Position numbers and translations under genes: made by a program
From: an uncultured bacterium
Lineage (GTDB): Bacteria > Bacteroidota > Bacteroidia > Sphingobacteriales > Sphingobacteriaceae
Length of the DNA: 64,000 bases
Direction: 5' to 3'
NCBI GenBank assembly: GCA_947085255.1
Contig: CAMTVQ010000002.1
Span: forward strand, 68,688-132,687
Notes under the pieces: model-generated
Seen by the model: the letters and a program-made list of their open reading frames with translations, nothing else
The model's database searches: none
What the model was told of the DNA's origin: nothing
Shown here: piece by piece, positions 56,429-63,964 of the stretch
Numbering within the stretch: position 1 is the first letter of the stretch
Layout of the letters: each line of letters begins with the position of its first letter

Positions 56429-57196
56429 ATGAAACACAAACGTATTCGATTAACAGACATATCCACACTGCCTACCGAAAAAATAGGTAAAGAAAAAGCT
56501 GCCACAGAAATTGCCCTTTTGATAGAAAAGCTATCAATCATACAGAACAAACTGTATGCGCAGCAAAAACATGCGGTACTTATTGTGCTGCAAGGCATGG
56601 ATACCAGCGGAAAAGATGGCGCTGTAAAAAATGTATTCTCGGGCGTAAACCCTGCAGGCTGCAATGTAAAATCATTTAAAGTTCCTACCGCAGAAGAAGC
56701 TGCCCATCATTTTTTATGGCGCATTAGCAAAGAGTGTCCACAAAAGGGGATGATTCAAATTTTTAATCGCTCGCACTACGAAGATTTACTAGTGCCTATA
56801 GTAAACAAAACGATAGAGAATAAACAGATAAAAATACACTGCAACGAAATAAATGCATTCGAAAAAGGATTAATTCACGATAATACGATCGTGTTAAAAT
56901 TTTACTTGCATATATCTCATAACCAACAGCTGGAGCGATTGGCAGCCCGCAAAAAAGAAGAACACAAACGCTGGAAATATCAAAAGGAAGATATAGCTGC
57001 TATCAGCAAACACAAAGAATACCGCAAAGCTTACGAAACTATTTTTAAGCATTGCTCGGATGTTGCGCCTTGGCAAATAATACCCGCCGATTTAAAATGG
57101 TATAAAAACTACCGCATACTAAAAGATATTGTACACGAGCTGGAACAATACCCTATTGACTACCCAAAAATTACCGAAAAACAATTGGATCATTAA
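56429..57196 (+). CDS. polyphosphate kinase 2 (PPK2) family protein
   Basis: 255 aa. VLQGMDTSGKDGAVKNVFSGVNP (Walker A-like), FLWR, FNRSHYEDLLV. Confidence 0.8.
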   Translation: MKHKRIRLTDISTLPTEKIGKEKAATEIALLIEKLSIIQNKLYAQQKHAVLIVLQGMDTSGKDGAVKNVFSGVNPAGCNVKSFKVPTAEEAAHHFLWRISKECPQKGMIQIFNRSHYEDLLVPIVNKTIENKQIKIHCNEINAFEKGLIHDNTIVLKFYLHISHNQQLERLAARKKEEHKRWKYQKEDIAAISKHKEYRKAYETIFKHCSDVAPWQIIPADLKWYKNYRILKDIVHELEQYPIDYPKITEKQLDH

Positions 57197-57207
57197 TTGT
57201 ACGAAGC

Positions 57208-57243
57208 GTGATTTATATAACTATTTGCAACTACTATGTAATA
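57208..57243 (+). promoter_or_regulatory. 36-bp promoter module, copy 7
   Basis: GTGATTTATATAACTATTTGCAACTACTATGTAATA. TAatCTTG -7-like box at 57264-57271. The ORF-track TTG start 57269 lies in that box and is rejected. Confidence 0.65.
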
Positions 57244-57313
57244 GTTAAGTACCTCATCTACCGTAATCTTGTGTTGTCGTGAAAATTCATTCACAACAAA
57301 AAAAATAATAAAG

Positions 57314-57511
57314 ATGAAAAATATTGAAAATCACAAAAAAGCTGCAATGCATTCAGAAGAAGCTGCAAAAAATCATCATGAAGCTGCAAAGCATCACGAA
57401 GCAGGTAATCATGATAAAGCACACAACCACACGGTTAAAGCTCATGGACATTCTACCTTAGCTCACGAAGCTCAGAAAGAAGTGCTAAAAGACCAAGCAT
57501 TAACTAAGTAG
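57314..57511 (+). CDS. small histidine-rich helical protein
   Basis: 65 aa from ATG 57314: MKNIENHKKAAMHSEEAAKNHHEAAKHHEAGNHDKAHNHTVKAHGHSTLAHEAQKEVLKDQALTK. It has its own promoter module and terminator. Confidence 0.5.
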   Translation: MKNIENHKKAAMHSEEAAKNHHEAAKHHEAGNHDKAHNHTVKAHGHSTLAHEAQKEVLKDQALTK

Positions 57512-57531
57512 TCCTTTTGCTGTATTTAGTC

Positions 57532-57568
57532 AAAAAAAGCATCCCGCCTAAGGCGGGATGCTTTTTTT
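57532..57568 (+). terminator. rho-independent terminator
   Basis: GCATCCCGCC (57539-57548) pairs with GGCGGGATGC (57552-57561). TAA loop, A-run before and a T7 run after. Confidence 0.85.
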
Positions 57569-57577
57569 ATGGAATGT

Positions 57578-57613
57578 GTGAATCATGTAACTTATTAAAG
57601 GAGTTGTGTAACA
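57578..57613 (+). promoter_or_regulatory. 36-bp promoter module, copy 8
   Basis: GTGAATCATGTAACTTATTAAAGGAGTTGTGTAACA. -7-like acTTTA at 57638-57641. ATG at 57677, 64 nt after the module end. Confidence 0.7.
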
Positions 57614-57676
57614 CATACCCCTACCAATGGTAGCAACTTTACATCGTGAAAACTTAATAACTAAAACTCAACTCAC

Positions 57677-60600
57677 ATGAAAATTAAACTACTCCATACC
57701 CTACTAATAGCCATAGGCTTATTATGTATTCCGAAGGTAAACTTCGGACAAGCGGTAGCACCTACATTAGGTACTGCAGCTAATTTTGCAATTTTCTCAT
57801 CTGCCGGCGCCGTAACCAGCTCCAGCAGTTTGTTATACCTCACACACGTTACAGGTAATATAGGTTCACAGCCTGCATCCACCTCTGGTTTTGGTAATGT
57901 GGACGGTGTGCTGTACCAAGGTGGTACTACGTTCGGTACGGGTACAACCGATGTTCAAGCTACCTATGCACAACTAAATGGACTAACACCCACCAATGCT
58001 TTAGCAACTCCTTTTGGAGCTGGTGTAGTGCTTGTAGAAGGTGTTTATGCGATATCAAGTGCATCACAACTTACCGGGGATTTGATACTGGATGCCCAAG
58101 GAGACGCCGACGCAGTATTCATTTTTCAACTGGGTGGCGCATTTAACACCGCCGCCAATACAAAAGTAAAATTGGTAAACGGCGCCTTAGCCTGTAATGT
58201 ATTTTGGAAAGTAGAAGGAGCCGTTACGATGGCTGCCGGAACCAGCATGAAAGGAACCATTATTGCCAACAACGATTTTATCAGCATGGCAGCCAACGAT
58301 ACCTTAGAAGGAAGAGCACTTTCTTTAAATGGAGCAGTAAGCATGAACCAAACGGTTGTTTACCTACCAAAAGGCTGCAATAGTCCGGTACTTACAGGAC
58401 CAATAGCACCAACACTTGGTTCTTCAGAATGCTACGGCATATTTACTTCCGACGGTCCTGTTACCGATGACGGTGCATCACGCGTAGTTGGCGATATTGG
58501 AACAAACGGTCCTGGTGATTTAACCATTGGCTATAATCCATTATTCGTAACGGGTACGATTCACCCTATAGCAGATGCTTCTACAGCACAGTGTGCTACA
58601 GACGTGGGCGTAGCTTATAGTTATGTAAATACGTTAGCAGAAGATATTATTTTACTACGCCCCGATTTGTTTGGGCATGATTTGGTGCTTACCCCACATA
58701 CCTACCGTATGAATGGTGCCGTAACCTTTACCGATTCGGTATTCCTTAATGGAGAAGGTAATCCAGATGCCGTATTTATCATCAAGGTGTATGGTGCTTT
58801 TAATACCAATGTAGGTTCAAAAGTAGTATTGACTAACGGAACACAAGCAAAAAATGTATACTGGATGATTAATGGTGCTGTTGATATAAACATCAACTCC
58901 ATTTTTAATGGTTCATTTATTAGTGCAGGTGCCATCGATTTACAAACTGGCGTACGCATGAACGGAAGAGCATTTACTACCGTTGGTGCCATTAATACCT
59001 ATGCCATTATTACTACATTACCTTCTGGATCGGCCGGCGCAGCTGGACCTATATCGGGCGACGACTCGGTGTGCAGCGGACAAACAGGAGTTATTTACTC
59101 TGTAGCTCCAATTGCTGGCGCAACCGACTATAGCTGGACAGTACCAATTGGTGCAACCATCACTTCAAGCGATACTACAAACACTATAGCCGTAACTTTT
59201 GGTCCACTTGCTATTAGCGGAAACGTAACCGTGCAAGGTACGGGTACGTGTAGCAATGGTTCTACATCAACATTTACAGTTATTGTAAACCAACCACCAA
59301 CAGTAAACTTTGTACCCAACCAAACGGTGTGCAACAACGAACAAACAATGCCAGTAATTTTTACAGGCACTATGCCAGGAACAACCTATAGCTGGACAAA
59401 TACCGACAGTACTATCGGATTGGCAGCAAACGGAACTGGAAACATCAATCCGTTTACCGCAATAAACACAACGGCACTTACCATTATTGCAACAATAACC
59501 GTAACACCTACTGCCAACGGATGCGATGGAGCTGATACTAGTTTTACCATCACCGTAAACCCAACACCGGTGGTTGATAGCGTAACAGACCAAGCGGTGT
59601 GTAACAACTCGCAAACAGCAGCAGTACTATTTACTGGTACCGTTGCAGGCACTACTTACAACTGGACCAATAGTGATACCACTATAGGATTAGCAGCAAG
59701 CGGAAGTGGAGATATTAATCCTTTTACAGCCACAAACACAACTGCAAATGCCGTTATAGCAACTATAACCGTAACACCTACTGCCAATGGTTGTGCTGGA
59801 ACAGATACTTCTTTTACCATAACCGTAAACCCAACACCAACAGTAAATAGTGTGGCCAGCCAAACGGTATGTGCCAACACAACCACAACAGCCATCGCTT
59901 TTGGTGGTAGTGTTGCAGGTGCTACGTACAACTGGACAAACGACAATACCTCAATAGGATTGGCTGCAAGTGGCACTGGAACGATTGCCGCCTTTATAGG
60001 CAGCAACACCACATTAGTAGCTAATACCGCTAACATAACCGTAACGCCTACAGCAAACACCTGTACTGGTGCAGCTACCAGTTTTACGATTACAGTAGAC
60101 CCAGCACCTATGTTGGATACCGTAGCCGACCAAACCTTGTGCAACACAGCAACAACTGCACCCATCGTATTTAGTGGAGCAGGCGTAGGCGCTACCTATA
60201 GCTGGACAAACGATAATACCTCTATAGGCTTGGCGGCAAGCGGAAACGGAGACATTAATTCGTTTACAGCAACCAATACTGGCTCAGTTGCCGCCATAGC
60301 AACTATTATTGTTATATCACCAGCACCAGGCTGTGATGGAACAACACTTTTTACGATAACCGTAAACCCAACACCAACAACCAACCCCGTAGGCAACCAA
60401 ACGGTATGCACCAATACAGCAACAACACCAATCACTTTTAGCGGCGCTGTTGCGGGTACTACCTACAACTGGACCAATAACAATACGTCTATCGGATTGG
60501 CTGCTGCTGGTAATGGAGATATTGCTGCCTTTACTGCAACCAATACAGGTGTAAATGTAGTTACAGCAACCATAACTGTAACACCTACCGAAACCACTAC

Positions 60601-60940
60601 TGGATGTGCCGGAAGCGCTACCGCCTTTACTATTGCAGTAGACCCTTGCCCTACTACCGACTTTCATATTCCAGAAGGTTTTTCTCCGAATGCCGATGGT
60701 ATAAACGATTTGTTTATCGTGAGAGGAATTCAGAACTACCCTGCCAATACATTCGAAGTATTTAATCGTTGGGGTGATAAATTATTTGGAGCAGCACCTT
60801 ACCAAAACACATGGGATGGTAAAGCTACAACAGGAGTACGTTTGGGTGATAATGAATTGCCTACAGGCACGTATTTCTACATACTCGACTTAGGTAATAA
60901 CTCACCTATTTATAAAGGAACTATTTATCTAAACAGGTAA
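57677..60940 (+). CDS. large surface protein: tandem double DUF3494 (ice-binding-like) head, PKD/Ig-like repeats, and a T9SS type B (CHU_C) C-terminal domain
   Basis: 1087 aa with a signal peptide. Its two DUF3494 units are close paralogs of 48862-50487 (LVLTPHTYRMNGAVTFTDS shared). One PKD-like unit plus five ~89-aa tandem repeats (...TYxWTNxxTSIGLAAxGxGxI..FTAxNT...ATITVTPTANGC.G...FTITVNP). C-terminal FHIPEGFSPNADGINDLFIVRG...GTIYLNR. Confidence 0.8.
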   Translation: MKIKLLHTLLIAIGLLCIPKVNFGQAVAPTLGTAANFAIFSSAGAVTSSSSLLYLTHVTGNIGSQPASTSGFGNVDGVLYQGGTTFGTGTTDVQATYAQLNGLTPTNALATPFGAGVVLVEGVYAISSASQLTGDLILDAQGDADAVFIFQLGGAFNTAANTKVKLVNGALACNVFWKVEGAVTMAAGTSMKGTIIANNDFISMAANDTLEGRALSLNGAVSMNQTVVYLPKGCNSPVLTGPIAPTLGSSECYGIFTSDGPVTDDGASRVVGDIGTNGPGDLTIGYNPLFVTGTIHPIADASTAQCATDVGVAYSYVNTLAEDIILLRPDLFGHDLVLTPHTYRMNGAVTFTDSVFLNGEGNPDAVFIIKVYGAFNTNVGSKVVLTNGTQAKNVYWMINGAVDININSIFNGSFISAGAIDLQTGVRMNGRAFTTVGAINTYAIITTLPSGSAGAAGPISGDDSVCSGQTGVIYSVAPIAGATDYSWTVPIGATITSSDTTNTIAVTFGPLAISGNVTVQGTGTCSNGSTSTFTVIVNQPPTVNFVPNQTVCNNEQTMPVIFTGTMPGTTYSWTNTDSTIGLAANGTGNINPFTAINTTALTIIATITVTPTANGCDGADTSFTITVNPTPVVDSVTDQAVCNNSQTAAVLFTGTVAGTTYNWTNSDTTIGLAASGSGDINPFTATNTTANAVIATITVTPTANGCAGTDTSFTITVNPTPTVNSVASQTVCANTTTTAIAFGGSVAGATYNWTNDNTSIGLAASGTGTIAAFIGSNTTLVANTANITVTPTANTCTGAATSFTITVDPAPMLDTVADQTLCNTATTAPIVFSGAGVGATYSWTNDNTSIGLAASGNGDINSFTATNTGSVAAIATIIVISPAPGCDGTTLFTITVNPTPTTNPVGNQTVCTNTATTPITFSGAVAGTTYNWTNNNTSIGLAAAGNGDIAAFTATNTGVNVVTATITVTPTETTTGCAGSATAFTIAVDPCPTTDFHIPEGFSPNADGINDLFIVRGIQNYPANTFEVFNRWGDKLFGAAPYQNTWDGKATTGVRLGDNELPTGTYFYILDLGNNSPIYKGTIYLNR

Positions 60941-60982
60941 TACCATTAAAACCAGAAAACACCATTAATAACGAACAAGAAA

Positions 60983-61924
60983 ATGAAAACACTTAAAAAT
61001 ATATCCCTCGCATTGGTCTTAACACTAGGGAGTTTAACCCTTAAGGCCCAACAAATACCAGCTTATACCCACTATATGAACAATACACTGGTAATAAACC
61101 CTGGTTACGCCGGAAGCAGAGATGCACTAACCGTAACGGCATTGCACCGCTCGCAATGGGTAGATTTTAAAGGGGCACCCACTACCCAAACCATAACAGC
61201 ACATACGCCATTGCGCAACGAACGCTTAGGTTTAGGTTTAGCAGTAATGAACGACAAAATAGGACCGACCAACAACACATCGGCCATTGTTGATTTTGCT
61301 TACAAACTAAAACTAACCGAAAAAGCCAAATTAGCTTTTGGTGTGGGCGCAGGTGCAAATATTATGCAAGCCGACTTAAATACGCTTGATTTAGATCAAC
61401 AAAACGACCCCTCTTTCCAAAACAACGTCAACAATAAGGTAACCCCTACTGTTGGTGTGGGTCTGTATTTGTCTAAAGAACGTTTTTATGCAGGTATTTC
61501 AACACCTAACGTATTGCAAAACACGTTTGCAGAAACCACACAGGCAAACGGAGCTACCCTTACAGCAAAAGAACAACGTCATTATTTTGCCATAGCAGGT
61601 GCTGTGTTTAATCTAAGCGAAAACTTAGCTTTTAAACCTACTACATTAATTAAAATAACGGCTGCTGCACCTATACAAGGTGATCTTACTGCATCTTTTA
61701 TCATCAAACAACGCCTATTAGTAGGTGCAATGGTACGCTCGGGTGATGCTGTTGGTGGTTTAATTGGATTTGATATTACCAATCAACTACACTTAGGATA
61801 TTCTTACGATTGGTCGTATGGCTTAGAAACAGGCAAATACAACCAAGGAAGCCATGAGTTGCTATTACGCTACGACTTCGTATTCTTCAACAAAAAACAA
61901 ATTCACTCACCAAGATATTTTTAA
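60983..61924 (+). CDS. PorP/SprF-family type IX secretion system membrane protein
   Basis: 313 aa with a signal peptide. QQIPAYTHYMNNTLVINPGYAGS ... LGLGLAVMNDKIGP ... C-terminal beta-barrel. Immediately follows a type B CTD cargo gene. Confidence 0.85.
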   Translation: MKTLKNISLALVLTLGSLTLKAQQIPAYTHYMNNTLVINPGYAGSRDALTVTALHRSQWVDFKGAPTTQTITAHTPLRNERLGLGLAVMNDKIGPTNNTSAIVDFAYKLKLTEKAKLAFGVGAGANIMQADLNTLDLDQQNDPSFQNNVNNKVTPTVGVGLYLSKERFYAGISTPNVLQNTFAETTQANGATLTAKEQRHYFAIAGAVFNLSENLAFKPTTLIKITAAAPIQGDLTASFIIKQRLLVGAMVRSGDAVGGLIGFDITNQLHLGYSYDWSYGLETGKYNQGSHELLLRYDFVFFNKKQIHSPRYF

Positions 61925-61964
61925 TCCCTTATCCTAAAATTTAATGTACAAAAAATTAGAAAAC

Positions 61965-63899
61965 ATGAAAAAGATACTTATTCCCCTAATTATATTCATA
62001 GCGCTATGCATTAATGCTTTTGCAAGTGTCAAATCAAACAAAGAATTAAAAGGCGATAAACGCTATGCGAGCTACTCGTTTACCAAGGCTATTAATGCCT
62101 ATACAAACGCAAAAGCGTTAACACCCGAAGGGCAACGTCGCTTGGCAGAAAGCTATAGCAGGATTAATAAAAATGCAGAAGCGGAAACGGCGTATTCAAC
62201 CTTGGTAAGTACACCAGAAGGTGTAGTTCCCGAAGATTATTACCGCTATGCAATGGTATTGAAAGCCAATGGAAAATACGAACAGTCAAACAACTGGATG
62301 GACAAGTTTGTGGCCATAAAACCAACCGATTTGCGTGCAAAAAGCTTTGCCGCCAACAAAAAAGAATTAGCCAATCTATCAAAAGATGATGGTAAGTATA
62401 AGTTAACAACCATGACGGCTAATAGCGATGATAGAGATTTTGGCCCAGCTTATTACAACAATAAAATTGTTTTTGCCTCGAACAGAGAAACTCCTGGCAT
62501 TATTTCTCGCAAATCCGCTTGGACAGGAAAACCTTTTTTAGACTTATACATGGCCGAAGTAGAAGCTGGTCAGCTAAAGGATCCTGAAAATTTTGACAGA
62601 AACCTAAATAGCAAAATGCACGACGGTCCTGCAAGTTTTAGCAACGACGGCACGTGTATGGCTTATACAGTAAACAACTACAAGGACAAAAGTAAAGACC
62701 GTGTAGTAGAGCTTAGAATCTTTTTTAGCAACTATGTAGACGGAAAGTGGTCGAAACCAGAAGGTTTTGCGCTAAACAATCCTGGTTATTCAGTGGGTCA
62801 CCCCTGCCTTACTGCCGATGGAAACACCATGTATTTTACCAGTGATATGCCTGGCGGATTTGGTGGAGCAGATATTTACCGCATTACTAAAGTAAGCAAC
62901 GGAACATGGGGTAAAGCCGAAAACATGGGCGATAAAATAAATACAGAAGGGAATGAAATGTTCCCGTTTTTTGAAGAAAACAACGGCGTATTATTTTTTG
63001 CCTCCGACGGACATTATGGGTTAGGCGGTTTAGATGTTTTTATCTGCATGCTTAACGGCACAGAAGCAGGCAAGATGTACAATGCTGGTTCTCCATTAAA
63101 TACTCGGTACGATGATTTTTCTGTCATCGTAAACAAGCAAGCAAGCAAAGGATACTTTGCATCAAACAGAGTGGGTGGTAGCGGAGACGATGATATTTAC
63201 GCATTCGACTTACTGCGCTCATTAAATGTTGGTAAACGCATAGAAGGCGTTGCCAAAGACAATAACGGCAACAGCATACCCCGCACTTTTGTAACCTTGC
63301 TCGACAACAATGGGGTGATTGTAAACACCATTACCACCAATGACGAAGGCGCATTCACCTTTTTAGTTGATCCAGATAAAATATTCAAGCTAATTGGCAA
63401 CAAAGAAAACTACACCGAAGGCACCAGTGCCGCCAGCACATTTGGTAGCGAGTTTATTGTAAAAGCCGATGTTACCTTACTACTAAAAACAGTTGCTAAA
63501 ATGGACGTGGGTGATGATTTGGCAACAATTGTAGTCTTTAATCCCAACAAAATTTATTTTGATGTAGACCAATTCGCTATACGCCCAGATGCGGAGAAAG
63601 AATTGAAAAAAATTGTAGATATCATGAATGAATACCCAAGTATGATAGTCGAGTTGCGTGCACATACCGATTGCCGCGCACCTAAAGAATATAACCAAAT
63701 ACTATCCGAAAAAAGAGCTACCGCTTCTGCCGAGTATATCCGCAACCGAATTGTAAACCCTGAGCGTATTTATGGTAAAGGCTATGGTGAAACAAAATTG
63801 GCTAACGGTTGCGAGTGCGAAGGCGAAGTTGTTTCTACCTGCAGCAATAATGAGCAACAGAAAAACAGACGTACCGAATTTATTATCGTAAGAAAATAA
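61965..63899 (+). CDS. OmpA-family protein (TPR-like, TolB/PD40-like beta-propeller, CarboxypepD_reg-like and OmpA_C domains)
   Basis: The ORF track starts at 61944. ATG 61965 (MKKILIPLIIFIALCINAFA) is preferred. C-terminal IYFDVDQFAIRPDAEKEL...ELRAHTDCRAPKEYNQILSEKRA...RRTEFIIV is the OmpA peptidoglycan-binding motif. Confidence 0.8.
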   Translation: MKKILIPLIIFIALCINAFASVKSNKELKGDKRYASYSFTKAINAYTNAKALTPEGQRRLAESYSRINKNAEAETAYSTLVSTPEGVVPEDYYRYAMVLKANGKYEQSNNWMDKFVAIKPTDLRAKSFAANKKELANLSKDDGKYKLTTMTANSDDRDFGPAYYNNKIVFASNRETPGIISRKSAWTGKPFLDLYMAEVEAGQLKDPENFDRNLNSKMHDGPASFSNDGTCMAYTVNNYKDKSKDRVVELRIFFSNYVDGKWSKPEGFALNNPGYSVGHPCLTADGNTMYFTSDMPGGFGGADIYRITKVSNGTWGKAENMGDKINTEGNEMFPFFEENNGVLFFASDGHYGLGGLDVFICMLNGTEAGKMYNAGSPLNTRYDDFSVIVNKQASKGYFASNRVGGSGDDDIYAFDLLRSLNVGKRIEGVAKDNNGNSIPRTFVTLLDNNGVIVNTITTNDEGAFTFLVDPDKIFKLIGNKENYTEGTSAASTFGSEFIVKADVTLLLKTVAKMDVGDDLATIVVFNPNKIYFDVDQFAIRPDAEKELKKIVDIMNEYPSMIVELRAHTDCRAPKEYNQILSEKRATASAEYIRNRIVNPERIYGKGYGETKLANGCECEGEVVSTCSNNEQQKNRRTEFIIVRK

Positions 63900-63918
63900 G
63901 TCTTAAATCAGCTTACGA

Positions 63919-63950
63919 GGCGCCATCTCTTAAACAAGGGGTGGCGTTTT
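63919..63950 (+). terminator. rho-independent terminator
   Basis: CGCCATCTC (63921-63929) pairs with GGGGTGGCG (63938-63946, with G-U pairs), followed by TTTT. Confidence 0.6.
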
Positions 63951-63964
63951 GCTTTACAAAATAT

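Noticed and set aside
58126-60667. A series of minus-strand ORFs (72-169 aa) inside the 1087-aa adhesin-like gene
   Set aside because: They are shadows of the Thr/Ala/Gly/Asn-rich repeat coding sequence. Their periodic Val/Ala/Pro-rich translations mirror the sense repeats.
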